The notes: a model not told the origin generated them from the letters alone. Shown: positions 44,800 to 54,810, numbered from the stretch's first letter. The stretch is 64,000 nucleotides of DNA from Nitrosopumilus sp. (GCA_965205215.1 OZ242041.1:1440001-1504000); one strand, 5' to 3'. A program made the numbers and translations.

Positions 44800-46547
44800 T
44801 AGCGTGTTGCATAATTCCCCAAGCTGCCCCGCTCGAAGGGTGCGGCTCTGCAGCATGGTGCAGGCCGCTCGGCTGCCCCGCAAACCGAACAGGACGTACT
44901 GCGTGCCTCCGCGCCATGGTGCCGGTACGGTTCCCCGGCAACAGGCGGCAAGCAAGCCGCGCTTCCAGGCCTGCGGAGAGTACGGGCAAGGCACGGCGCG
45001 TTACGCGCCTTGACGCCCTGCGGGTACCGACACGTATTGTCCGGGGCCGTATTTAACGGGCCGTGCCGCGGGTGCGGCTTCAGCTGACAGGCGCGGGTGG
45101 TTAAATATGCACGATGCGAGATCCCACCGGCTAACTAATGATGGGATCAACGCACATGCAACTGCATGTCACGGGGCGCGAATTTAACGGCAGCTGCGCG
45201 CTGCGGCATCCCCCGGGGCCGGGTGCGGCGGGTGCGGCGTGAGCGGGGACGCGGACGGGAGCAAGGCGGGAAGGGCGAGGCCCGGCAGGAAAAGGCCGAG
45301 GCAGGAATCCTGGCGCAGGACCAACGCCAGGTACGTGGGACGGGCAAGGCACCTTTTCGGGGTGCTGCGCCAGCTGGCCGATCTCCGCCGGAACGACGCC
45401 GAGCTGGCCGCCATGAACCACAAAAAGCGCGGCCGCCCCTACAAGTACACGCACAGCATGGTGGCGGCCATATCGTTCCTGCGCGACAGGCTGCAGCTCG
45501 ACTTTAGGGGGTGCGAGGGCATGGCGGCCGCGTTCGCGGACGGCGGGGGCCCCGAGTTCACCACCATATTCAGGAGGATCAGCTCCCAGGACGCGCCCAT
45601 AGGGGGGAGCCTCTCAGGCGTCACATGCGAGGACGTCGCGATAGACCTTGTCCCGGACGGTACCGGTATGACGCCCGCCGTGCGCAGCGAGTACCTGCGC
45701 GTCACGCACAGGCTGAAGCGCGGCTTTTTCAGGCTTACGATAATGATCAACAAGAAGACGCTGGAGATCGTCGCGTTCGAGCTCACGGACGACTCGGTAG
45801 GCGAGCCCACCGTGTTCAGGCCGCTCCTGGAAAACGCCCTGGCAAACATGGGGGTGGATCCTGACGGGAGGCGCAAGGCGGTCTCGGGGCAGAAAAACAG
45901 CCGCGGCAGGACGTACGCCGCCATCACGCTGATGGCCGACGGCGGGTACGACAGCAGGGAGATCTTTTCGGAGTGCAGGAGGCTGGGCATCCGGACGCGC
46001 ATACGCGTCCGCAAGAACGCCAACTGCAGGGCGGACGGAACGGACAGGGCGCGGGCCGAGGCGGTGCTCGAGCAGCTCGGGGGAGGATCCGGCGTTACGG
46101 CCGAGGAGTACGCCGCCATGGACGAGGCGGAGCGCGAAAGGAACCGCAAAGAGTGGAAGAAGCTAGTCGGCTACGGGACCCGGTGGCTTGTAGAGATTGT
46201 CATATCGGCGTTCAAGAGGACGTACGGCGGCTCCGTAATGGCAAGGAAGCTGGGGTACATACGCCAGGAGATCCGGCTGAAGATCCGCACGTACAACACG
46301 ATGCTACGGGTCGGCAGGGAGGCGGCCGCGGAGGCCTGACCGGCCCAGGCCGATCGCCGCCTGCCTCCCGCCGCATGCCATGCGCATGCGGGCAGCCTGC
46401 AGCCGACGAACCTCGTCCAGAAACAAGACGTTGCGGCGGGGGCCCTGCAATGCGGTCGGCACACCTGGCGCGCGCCACAGCAACCCTGTGATCGTCAAGC
46501 GAGGATGGCATTTTGCCAAGGAGGTCGACGAATTATGCAACACGCTA
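44800..46547 (+). mobile_element. IS5-family insertion sequence, 1748 bp
   Basis: Perfect 18-bp TIRs TAGCGTGTTGCATAATTC (44800-44817, 46530-46547); 8-bp TSD GTCCTGCA (44792-44799, 46548-46555). Confidence 0.93.
45239..46339 (+). CDS. DDE transposase (IS5/IS4 superfamily)
   Basis: GRPYKY, PDGTG, ADGGYDS, Y-x2-R-x3-E-x6-K signature (YGTRWLVEIVISAFK). Confidence 0.93.
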   Translation: MSGDADGSKAGRARPGRKRPRQESWRRTNARYVGRARHLFGVLRQLADLRRNDAELAAMNHKKRGRPYKYTHSMVAAISFLRDRLQLDFRGCEGMAAAFADGGGPEFTTIFRRISSQDAPIGGSLSGVTCEDVAIDLVPDGTGMTPAVRSEYLRVTHRLKRGFFRLTIMINKKTLEIVAFELTDDSVGEPTVFRPLLENALANMGVDPDGRRKAVSGQKNSRGRTYAAITLMADGGYDSREIFSECRRLGIRTRIRVRKNANCRADGTDRARAEAVLEQLGGGSGVTAEEYAAMDEAERERNRKEWKKLVGYGTRWLVEIVISAFKRTYGGSVMARKLGYIRQEIRLKIRTYNTMLRVGREAAAEA

Positions 46548-46636
46548 GTCCTGCATGTCGTGTTGCCGGCGGGCTCTGGGTGCTCGATGGATCATCTGCT
46601 GTTACTGCAGCGGGCAGTATGCGTGCGGCCCGCCTA

Positions 46637-49600
46637 TCATCTGCACACATTTTTGAAGGCGCCACCAAAACCCGGACCGGACGGGGGCGTGGCAAGGATG
46701 TCCGACGTATAGTATCCGGCCCCGAATATCAGGCCGTCAAACATGACGAGCCACGAGCGCTTGGTCTCCGCCTCGCCGGTCACGGGGTTGGTGTGCGGGT
46801 AGCTGACCCACGTGCCGGTTCCCCTGCTTATCACGTCTATAATGTCTCGTGACAGGTGCGCCGAGGTAATGGCGCCCCAGTCGGTGACGTAGCCTATCGC
46901 GTCGGGATCCACGTTCTGCGCCACCGTGTTCCCGGTTTCTGGGTCGACCACAAAGGCGTACGTGGTGAACGGCGCATCGGGGATCGAATTGATGGAGGCG
47001 ATGGCGGCGTCCCTGCCGTCGCGCTCGTACTCTAGTATGCGGCTGTGCGACGCCGACTGCACGCTAGAATCCAGTATGTAGTATCCGGACCCGAACACCA
47101 GCCCGTCGTGCAGCTGGAGGTACGAGCGCTTGAACTGTTCGACATCCGTGGCGGGGTTGTGGAAAATGTACGTCACCCACAGGCTTCCCTTCTCCTCGAG
47201 CTCTGCAAGCACGTCCCCGGGTGTTCTTGCAGACGTGTCGAGTATGGTCTCCGGCTGCCCGACCCGGGCGGGCACGACGCCGTCTGCCAGCCTGGTCCAG
47301 GTGGCCGCGTCTATCACGAACGGGTAGAGCGCGTCAGTCGTGATGGGCGCATCCGGCGTTATGATGTCGATCCACGCGTCGTCTGCCTGGTTAGTCTCGT
47401 AGATGCGTATCGCGTTGCTGACTGCAAACCTGACGTCTAATGCTGGTATGTCTGACGTATAGTATCCGGCCCCGAATATCAGGTCGTCGAACATGACGAG
47501 CCACGAGCGCTTTGTCTCTTCTTGGCCGGTTACGGGGTTGGTGTGCGGGTAGCTGACCCATGTGCCGGTTCCCTTGTCTGTCGCGGCCCTGATGTCATCA
47601 GCTCGGTGCACGGCCACGATGGCATCCCAGTCGGAGACTCCTATTAGTCTTGGATCGGCGTTTTGCGCCACCGTGGACCCCGTCGAAGAATGTACGGCAA
47701 AGACGTACGTGGATACGGGACTTTCGGGGATCGTGTTGATGGAGGCAAGGGCGGCGTCCCTGCCGTCGCGCTCGTACTCTAGTATGCGGCTGTGCGACGC
47801 CGACTGCACGTTGGACTCCAGCACATAGTAGCCGGACCCGAACACCAGCCCCTTGTGCAGCTGGAGGTACGAGCGCTTGAGCTGCTCCACGCCCGTGGCG
47901 GGGTTGTGGAATATGTAAGTCACCCACAGGCTTCCCTTCTCCCTGAGCTCTGCAAGCACGTCCCCGGGTGTTCGTGCAGACGTGTCGAGTATGGTCTCGG
48001 GCTGATTGACCCGGGCGGGCACGACGCCGTCTGCCACCCTAGTCCAGTCGCTAGCGCGTATCACAAACGGATATAGCGCGTCAGTCGTGATGGGCGCGTC
48101 CGGAGTTATGATGTCGATCCACGCGTCGTCTGCCTGGTTGGTCTCGTAGATGCGTATCGCGTTGCTGACTGCAAACCTGACGTCTGACTCGGGTATGTCC
48201 GACGTATAGTATCCGGCCCCGAATATCAGGCCGTCATGCATGGCAAGCCACGCGCGCTTGGTCTCCGTCTCGCCGGTCACGGGGTTGGTGTGCGGATAGC
48301 TGACCCACATGCCGGCTCCTTGGCCCGTGGCGTCGATGATCTCTTGCGCCGACAGCACGCCTGTGATGGCGTCCCAGTCGGTGACGGAGCCTATCGCGCC
48401 GGGATCCACGTTCTGCGCCACCGTCTCCCCGGTTCGTGGGTCGACCACAAAGGCGTACGTGGTGAACGGCGCGCTGGGGATCGTGTTGATGGAGGCGATG
48501 GCAGCATTCCTGCCGTCGTTCGAGTACTCTAGCATCCTGCTTTGCGTTACTCCCTGGACGTGGGAGTCGAGCAGATAGTAGCCGGATCCAAAGACTATGC
48601 CGTCGTGCAGCTGGAGGTACGAGCGCTTGAGCTGCTCCACGCCCGTGTCTGGATTGTGGAACGTGTACGTCACCCACGTCCTGCCGTTGGCCCTCAGGTC
48701 GGCAAGCACGTCCTCGACTGATCTTGCAGACGTGTCGAGTATAGTCTCCGGCTGCCCGACCCGGGCGGGCACGACGCCGTCCGCCAGTCTGGTCCAGGTG
48801 GACGCGTTTATCACGAACGGGTATAGCGCGTCTGTCCTGATGGGCGCGTCCGGCGTTATGATGTCGATCCACGCGTCGTTCTCCCGGTTGGATTCGTAAA
48901 TGAACCTCGCATAGTCGGTGACCGACTGTGCGTCTGCATCTGAAACGATATACGTCGCCCCGAACAGATAGGAGTCATAAAACATCCAAAAGGTGCGCTG
49001 GATCTGCTCTGTGCCGGTAAGCGGGTTGACAAATGAAAATTGTGACCACAGCGATCCCCCGCTTCTTATGAGCGCCTCTCTCGCATCTGCAAAATTCCTT
49101 AATCCCTCCACTTGGGGCGACGTCCCGATCAGGCCGGGCACTGCACCGTGCGCAACTATGTGCGTCGCGTTTCTGACTACTGGAAAGACGTCTATCCTGT
49201 TGAGGGCCCCGGAGTTTATCGTCTCGAAGCCGGTCTGGGGGTTGTTCCTGTATGTGAATATTGCGTCGTCGACCACTGACTGCAGCCTGATATCGGGCAG
49301 TGAGTAGCCGGCGCCAAAGATGTACCCATCGTGCAGGGATAAGTAGGTGTGGGTAAGCTGGTCTGTCTGGGTGGCAGGGTTTCGGGCCATGTGCCATATC
49401 CAGATGCCTTTCTCGGCGTCCAGTCTTTCGTTGATGCGCTTCAGGGATATGTCTGCCGACGCAAGGTGCGTATCAGTCGTGCCCACCAGCCCGGGGGATC
49501 TGCCATGGGCCTCTATTCTCAGGGTATCAGCATCAAGCACAAAAGTAGACCGCGTTGAGAACGGATCCGGCTCATTCGGCGTTATGAGGTTAAACGCCCT

Positions 49601-50566
49601 ATCCCCGCGCGCCGTATACAGGATTATGGCCGCATCCACCAGTGACTGGGCCGTGGAGTCGTGCGGATAGTATCCGGATCCAAACACATAGCCGTCATGC
49701 AGGTAGAGCCACGTTCGCTTGAGCTGCTCTATGTCCGTGGCCGGATTGTGAAACGTATACGTCACCCACGTACCCTCGTTTGCACTGAGATCCAGACGGA
49801 CGCCGTCGACGGACCTGCTGGAGGTGTCAAGGATGGTATCTGTCCGCCCCACCCTATCAGGCACCACCTCGTCTGCCACCCGCATCCAAGACGAGTATTC
49901 TATCACAAACAGGTACAGCTCGTCCGTCAGGACGGGACTGTTGGGAGTAATACTGTTAAAAAAGGCCTGCGCATTACCGTGCGATTCGTACTGCCTTACC
50001 TTTTCCTCTATGAACAGCTGGACCTCGGAGTCTGCGAGGTAGTGGCCGGCGGCAAATATGTAGCGGATGCCGTCGTCGCCGACGTGCAGTTGCAGCAGGG
50101 TCCGCTTTGCCTGGTTCTGGCCGTTGGCCGGGTTTATGCCGATGTGCTCTATCCACGTCTCGCCATTCTGCGCCAATTCGGCGCGAATCTGAGGGAGGGG
50201 CTTGTCTGCCCTGGCCAGACCGTGTGCAGTTTGGCCGACAAAATTTGGAACCGCCCCGTGCGCCACGATCTGTAAGTTGTCGGCCCTTACGACAAACGGA
50301 GTTATCTTGTTTACGTTTGACACTCTTTCGGGCGTGATAGTATTGAATGCCTCCTCGCCCTGCGCGACGTACAGATTCACTGCCCGTGTTACCTCTGCCT
50401 GAACCCGCGACTCTATGCTCCCAAGATCATATGCGGTGCGCACTTGGGCCTCTGCGTCGGTTACAAGTGCAGGGATGGCGCACAGTGCAAACGCGATCAG
50501 CGCAATTGTAATGGATGAGGTCGCATTCGTCTTGATCGGGCGCAGGGCATCAAGTATCATACTCAT
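46637..50566 (-). CDS. secreted protein with ten tandem single-Cache-like domains
   Basis: Signal peptide; ten ~125-aa units with Y.F(V/A)..., G.W..Y.F.NP.TG..E.K, (I/V)FG(A/S)GYY; no TM or output domain; start 50566 or 50560. Confidence 0.85.
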   Translation of the reverse strand: MSMILDALRPIKTNATSSITIALIAFALCAIPALVTDAEAQVRTAYDLGSIESRVQAEVTRAVNLYVAQGEEAFNTITPERVSNVNKITPFVVRADNLQIVAHGAVPNFVGQTAHGLARADKPLPQIRAELAQNGETWIEHIGINPANGQNQAKRTLLQLHVGDDGIRYIFAAGHYLADSEVQLFIEEKVRQYESHGNAQAFFNSITPNSPVLTDELYLFVIEYSSWMRVADEVVPDRVGRTDTILDTSSRSVDGVRLDLSANEGTWVTYTFHNPATDIEQLKRTWLYLHDGYVFGSGYYPHDSTAQSLVDAAIILYTARGDRAFNLITPNEPDPFSTRSTFVLDADTLRIEAHGRSPGLVGTTDTHLASADISLKRINERLDAEKGIWIWHMARNPATQTDQLTHTYLSLHDGYIFGAGYSLPDIRLQSVVDDAIFTYRNNPQTGFETINSGALNRIDVFPVVRNATHIVAHGAVPGLIGTSPQVEGLRNFADAREALIRSGGSLWSQFSFVNPLTGTEQIQRTFWMFYDSYLFGATYIVSDADAQSVTDYARFIYESNRENDAWIDIITPDAPIRTDALYPFVINASTWTRLADGVVPARVGQPETILDTSARSVEDVLADLRANGRTWVTYTFHNPDTGVEQLKRSYLQLHDGIVFGSGYYLLDSHVQGVTQSRMLEYSNDGRNAAIASINTIPSAPFTTYAFVVDPRTGETVAQNVDPGAIGSVTDWDAITGVLSAQEIIDATGQGAGMWVSYPHTNPVTGETETKRAWLAMHDGLIFGAGYYTSDIPESDVRFAVSNAIRIYETNQADDAWIDIITPDAPITTDALYPFVIRASDWTRVADGVVPARVNQPETILDTSARTPGDVLAELREKGSLWVTYIFHNPATGVEQLKRSYLQLHKGLVFGSGYYVLESNVQSASHSRILEYERDGRDAALASINTIPESPVSTYVFAVHSSTGSTVAQNADPRLIGVSDWDAIVAVHRADDIRAATDKGTGTWVSYPHTNPVTGQEETKRSWLVMFDDLIFGAGYYTSDIPALDVRFAVSNAIRIYETNQADDAWIDIITPDAPITTDALYPFVIDAATWTRLADGVVPARVGQPETILDTSARTPGDVLAELEEKGSLWVTYIFHNPATDVEQFKRSYLQLHDGLVFGSGYYILDSSVQSASHSRILEYERDGRDAAIASINSIPDAPFTTYAFVVDPETGNTVAQNVDPDAIGYVTDWGAITSAHLSRDIIDVISRGTGTWVSYPHTNPVTGEAETKRSWLVMFDGLIFGAGYYTSDILATPPSGPGFGGAFKNVCR

Positions 50567-50656
50567 CTCTAATAAAAATGGGGGCATGAGTGTCCAAATA
50601 AATGCGTCGGTTTCGCGCTCTTGCAAATTCGGGGGCTGATGCATTGGCACATCTGG

Positions 50657-50739
50657 CAAACACCATTATTAAAACCGGCCCTGTGCCAAACCCAATTGTT
50701 ATTAAAACCGGCCCCTGTACCAAACCCACTTATTATTAA
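50657..50739. repeat. 2.5 copies of a 30-34 bp direct repeat upstream of the Cache gene
   Basis: CAAAC..(A/T)TTATTAAAACCGGCCC(C)TGT units. Confidence 0.8.
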
Positions 50740-50884
50740 TATTGGCACGCATGTCAAGCGTCATAGTAATGTTCCAAGACATATTGTCATAATGCATGCG
50801 CAATAAGCGGTTCTGTCGTCTGGCTGGTCCCGAACTCGCAAGAGCCCGGCTTCGGCGCCGCTGCCCTGTCGACGCTTCGCGGGG

Positions 50885-51190
50885 TCAGTTGAACCTCAAG
50901 AACGCGTCGCGTATGGAGTCGGAGCGCTTCTCCACGATGCTGGCAATCTCTGCATGCTCCTGCGCTGTGGGTTCCCGTCCGTATCTGGACTGCAGCGCGG
51001 ATGTGGCCGCACCGATCATCTCCCCTACAAAGAAGCCACACATAAAGTCCCCCACGTTCTGGCACCCCCACACGTCGGCGGTCCTGGGTGCGGGCCGCGC
51101 CATTCTGTGGATGTCCAGCATCTGCCCCACGTAGCCGTCAAGCCAGTCTGCAAACTCGGGGGCTAGTCCGCCGCCGTCCTTTTCGGCCAT
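50885..51190 (-). CDS. conserved hypothetical protein
   Basis: Helical 101-aa ORF (DFMCGFFVGEMIG) co-oriented directly after rpl6. Confidence 0.75.
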   Translation of the reverse strand: MAEKDGGGLAPEFADWLDGYVGQMLDIHRMARPAPRTADVWGCQNVGDFMCGFFVGEMIGAATSALQSRYGREPTAQEHAEIASIVEKRSDSIRDAFLRFN

Positions 51191-51211
51191 ACGCGCACCT
51201 AGTCCATGCGG

Positions 51212-51772
51212 CTACTTTTCGGCAATGCCCTTTGACTTTTCATACGCGTATATCCCGTCAAGGAAGACGCGGTGGTCCTTGCCCTTCACCCTGGTGGCGA
51301 GCTCTATGTTCGCGGCAGTCTGCGTCACGTCGGTCCACACGGCGCCAGTTATTACAACGTCGTCTCCCTTTGACACCACCTTCGTGGCGGGGCCCACTAT
51401 CCTGGTGCGGCGCGCGGCGCGCTCGCCCTGGAAGTTCTCTATTATGACCTCGCTGCCCTCGGCCTTTACCGTAATCGGAAAGTGGGCGAACACCACCTTC
51501 ATCTTTATGGTGTACCCGCTGACAAGCCCCTCGCAGATGTTTCTTATGATGGAGCGCGCCGTGTGCAGTATCGCGTAGTCCCGCTTGCGCGGGCCCGCCG
51601 CCTTCAGGGTTATGCGGCCGTCGGCCACCTCTATCCCTACGGGTATGCTCCTAAAGCTCTGGAACGTCTTACCCAGCGGGCCCTCGAATCCGAGCATGTG
51701 CTTTTTCTTTGTGACCGTGACGCCGTCGGGGACCTCCACCACGTCCTGCATCTTTTCGGGCCTAGTATACAT
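51212..51772 (-). CDS. rpl6: 50S ribosomal protein L6
   Basis: VFAHFPI, ENFQGER, QTAANIE, DHRVFLDGIY. Confidence 0.97.
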   Translation of the reverse strand: MYTRPEKMQDVVEVPDGVTVTKKKHMLGFEGPLGKTFQSFRSIPVGIEVADGRITLKAAGPRKRDYAILHTARSIIRNICEGLVSGYTIKMKVVFAHFPITVKAEGSEVIIENFQGERAARRTRIVGPATKVVSKGDDVVITGAVWTDVTQTAANIELATRVKGKDHRVFLDGIYAYEKSKGIAEK

Positions 51773-52154
51773 ATCCGATCAGAAACCCCCCTATTCCCTT
51801 CTGCAGCGCCTCGCGGTGCGACATGACGCCCTGGTTTGTAGTGACAAGCAGCATGCCCCTGTCGTACGCCGGCAGGTACTGCTGCTCCCACTTTCCGAAC
51901 TCGTCGTTGCGCACCTTGAACCTGGGCGAGATTGCGCCGCACTTGTTTATCTTTGCAAGCAGCGTGATCTTGAACTTGCCGCCCCGCCTGTCGTCCACGT
52001 GCTCGAAGCTGCCGATGTACTCTTCGCGCTCCAGCGTCTTTAGCACCTCGACGGCGAGGTTCGAGGTGGGCAGTATGGTGCACTCGCGCTTGCGGCGCGC
52101 CTCGTTGTTGTATAAAGTGACAAACAGGTTTGCGAGTATGTTAGTTGCCGGCAT
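51762..52154 (-). CDS. rps8: 30S ribosomal protein S8
   Basis: DDRRGGKF, INKCGAISPRF, TTNQGVMSH.EA...IGG. Confidence 0.97.
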   Translation of the reverse strand: MPATNILANLFVTLYNNEARRKRECTILPTSNLAVEVLKTLEREEYIGSFEHVDDRRGGKFKITLLAKINKCGAISPRFKVRNDEFGKWEQQYLPAYDRGMLLVTTNQGVMSHREALQKGIGGFLIGYVY

Positions 52155-52159
52155 CCGTC

Positions 52160-52339
52160 TCACCTGTTCTTCCTGAATCCCAGGGAGGGCGCAACCTCCC
52201 TAAAGCACCGCCGGCATATCATGAGGTTGTACTTTTGAATCACCGCGGTATAGTCGCCGCACCGCTTGCACCACCTTGAGCCGCGCCCAAAGTCGTGCTT
52301 TTTTCTCCCGGTAAACTCGTATGAACGGTCTTTTGCCAT
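52160..52339 (-). CDS. rps14: 30S ribosomal protein S14 (zinc type; absent from ORF track, 59 aa)
   Basis: Manual translation MAKDRSYEFTGRKKHDFGRGSRWCKRCGDYTAVIQKYNLMICRRCFREVAPSLGFRKNR. Confidence 0.95.
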   Translation of the reverse strand: MAKDRSYEFTGRKKHDFGRGSRWCKRCGDYTAVIQKYNLMICRRCFREVAPSLGFRKNR

Positions 52340-52344
52340 TGCTG

Positions 52345-52950
52345 CTACACCACCTGCACTCCGAACTCGGACGCCACGAACTCCTGCGCCTCTGCGCTCG
52401 TGATTGCGTGGGCGCGCCCGACGCTCGCCTTGTGCTTGCTGCGCTTGCGTATGGAGTATCCGGGGCGGGCGAGGGCGACTGAGACGCCGAGCCCGAGTAT
52501 GCCTATCTGCGGTTCGTACTTTACGCCCGGAATGTCGATGTGCTCCCCTATCCCAAAGGAGTAGTTTCCAAAGTTGTCAAAGGAGCGCCCGTTCACCGCG
52601 TTGCCCTTTGCCTCCAGCAGCCTCTTGAGCAGAGCCCTTGCCTCCTCGCCGCGGATCGTGACGGATACGCCTATGGGCTCGCCCTTGCGGACGCCCCAGT
52701 CGCGCTGGCTGCCCCTCGCGTCGCGCTGGCAGGGCTTGCGCCCCCCGGTGATCTGCTCGAGCGCCTTTTTTGCGATGTTGATGGCGTCCCCGGAGCGGCC
52801 CATGCCCATGTTGAGCACGACCTTTTCAAGGTATACGCGCCTCATCGGGTTCTTCGGCGCGGGGGCGGCAGCGGCAGTAGCGCCGCCGGCAGGCAGTTCG
52901 CGGTCTTGTTCCCCCCCCTCTATCGTCTCTGCCTGCTGTACCGACATCAT
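52345..52950 (-). CDS. rpl5: 50S ribosomal protein L5
   Basis: NPMR...EKVVLNMG, GVRKGEPIG, FD.FGNYSFGI.EHIDIPG. Confidence 0.97.
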   Translation of the reverse strand: MMSVQQAETIEGGEQDRELPAGGATAAAAPAPKNPMRRVYLEKVVLNMGMGRSGDAINIAKKALEQITGGRKPCQRDARGSQRDWGVRKGEPIGVSVTIRGEEARALLKRLLEAKGNAVNGRSFDNFGNYSFGIGEHIDIPGVKYEPQIGILGLGVSVALARPGYSIRKRSKHKASVGRAHAITSAEAQEFVASEFGVQVV

Positions 52951-52954
52951 GTCA

Positions 52955-53674
52955 TCACCTTATCGCAATAACGGGCTTGTCCCGTCCTATGGGCATTATT
53001 ATGTCCGCGGGGATCTCGATCTTGCGCTCCTCTAGGGCAAGCAGCACCCTCTTTGGCAGTATGAACGTGCCGGGCTCTATCGCCTCGATCTTACCCGTGC
53101 GGCCCGCGTTTATCCCCCTGGTCACCAGGGCCTGGCAGCCCTCCTCGAGCCTCAGGACCTCGAGTATCTTCTGCTCCGGCACCTGCAGCAGGCACGCGTC
53201 GCCCACGCTGAGATCGGTATTGGTGATGAGGGAGCGGCCGTCGTGGAACCCTACCTGGGTGCGGCCGCCGGAGATCGTGGTCTTGCTCTTTACCCTTGCA
53301 AGCTTCTTGGTGGTCTCCTTCCCGTCTGTAATCGTGATTGGCGCAAGCAGCCGCCCGTCGGTTGGCACCATCCTGTACGCGTCGGGCATGCCGTCAAGCT
53401 CCACCACGTCCATCAGCCCGATGGGGTGGTGCAGCGACTTTCTGACCACGCCGTCGACCCTTACCTTGCCGGCGTATATGGTGGACTTTGCCTCGCGCAG
53501 GCTGGTGACTATTTTGAGCATGTCGCGCAGAAAGACCGCCGTGGGAACCGCCACGTGCCTGCCGTGTGGTCCGGGCCTCGTGGTGACTACAAACCTCTTG
53601 TCCTTGCGCGTGATTCCCCAAAACAGCGGGGCCATCTGCCGCTTTAGCTTTTTGCTTCCGGATATGCTCACCAT
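52955..53674 (-). CDS. rps4e: 30S ribosomal protein S4e
   Basis: KKLKRQMAP..W, PGPH, VRVDGVVRK..HPIGLMDV, HDGR. Confidence 0.97.
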   Translation of the reverse strand: MVSISGSKKLKRQMAPLFWGITRKDKRFVVTTRPGPHGRHVAVPTAVFLRDMLKIVTSLREAKSTIYAGKVRVDGVVRKSLHHPIGLMDVVELDGMPDAYRMVPTDGRLLAPITITDGKETTKKLARVKSKTTISGGRTQVGFHDGRSLITNTDLSVGDACLLQVPEQKILEVLRLEEGCQALVTRGINAGRTGKIEAIEPGTFILPKRVLLALEERKIEIPADIIMPIGRDKPVIAIR

Positions 53675-54387
53675 TATACCTCATCTCCCGGGCGATTCTG
53701 CTTGGTTTTATCTGCTTGCCCGCCGTATTCGTTATCCTCCACATCGCTATCCCTGACGCCGTCAGCGTCGTTACCCGCATCGACACCCCTGTCCGCATCC
53801 TGGTCGCCGTCCTGGCCGTCATCTGCCTGCATGTCCTCGTCAGTCTCATCCGTGGTGGCCTGCGCGCCGTCTTGGGGCTCTGCGCCTGCCTCGGCGCCCC
53901 CCGGCGTTCCTGCTTGGAGGCGCTCGCCGCCAGTGGTCGCGGCGTCATCTGTAGCAGCAGCCGCAGCAGCCGCAGCAGCCGCAGCAGCGCCATCACCGGC
54001 CCCGGGGCCGTCCACGGTCTCGTCAGTCTCGTACTCGCCGGTCGCCCCGATCTTGTCACGGCGCCGCTGGTCACTCAGGTTCAGCCCGGTCACAAGGACG
54101 TTGGATGCGTGTATCATAACGTCAAACTTGTCCCCCTTTGCCTTTTCCTTCTTGACTCCCGCAACCGAGATGCGCCCAGACTCGACGTCGATCTTTTCCA
54201 CCTTGCCCGGCACGTCCGCGTACTCTCCGCGCTTTATCATCACCGTGTCGCCCTCCACGACCCTGATGCTGCGCCTGCCGTACTTTGAGCGGAGCCCGTT
54301 TGAGAGGTTTGCAGACACCTGCTTGCTTCGCAGGGTTTGGGACGCCCTGTAGATCTGCCTGTTTCTCATCTTCGTCGGCTTTACCAT
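53674..54387 (-). CDS. rpl24: 50S ribosomal protein L24 with long acidic/poly-Ala C-terminal extension
   Basis: [27 protein letters not shown]. Confidence 0.95.
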   Translation of the reverse strand: MVKPTKMRNRQIYRASQTLRSKQVSANLSNGLRSKYGRRSIRVVEGDTVMIKRGEYADVPGKVEKIDVESGRISVAGVKKEKAKGDKFDVMIHASNVLVTGLNLSDQRRRDKIGATGEYETDETVDGPGAGDGAAAAAAAAAAAATDDAATTGGERLQAGTPGGAEAGAEPQDGAQATTDETDEDMQADDGQDGDQDADRGVDAGNDADGVRDSDVEDNEYGGQADKTKQNRPGDEV

Positions 54388-54810
54388 TTACACCACCATC
54401 GACGCTAGGTTGGCCACCCTGGGCCACTTTTCAGAGGCTTCGGCCGCGACGGGGCCCTTTATGTCGGTGCCCTTCGTCTCGCCCTCCGGCGTGATCAGCA
54501 CCGCGGCGTTGTCCTCAAAGCAGACCCTGACGCCGTTGAGCCTGCGAACCGCGTACTTTTGGCGCACTATCACGGCCCCGTACACCTGCTTGCGGAGCTC
54601 GGCGGGTCCCTTCTTGACCACCACGTTGCAAAAGTCTCCCACCGCGGCGGCGGGAAGCCTGGACGCGCGCGTCTTGTGCCGCGGCACGTTTATCACCTCT
54701 AGTATCTTTGCGCCCGAGTTGTCGGCGCATACTATGTTGGCGCCCACCGGTATCGACCTTGTCACGTATGGGCGGAACTCCTCTACCCCCTTGCCGGCCT
54801 GCTTTGCCAT
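54388..54810 (-). CDS. rpl14: 50S ribosomal protein L14
   Basis: CADNSGAK, VKKG..ELRK, FEDNAAV, IKGPVA.EA. Confidence 0.97.
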   Translation of the reverse strand: MAKQAGKGVEEFRPYVTRSIPVGANIVCADNSGAKILEVINVPRHKTRASRLPAAAVGDFCNVVVKKGPAELRKQVYGAVIVRQKYAVRRLNGVRVCFEDNAAVLITPEGETKGTDIKGPVAAEASEKWPRVANLASMVV

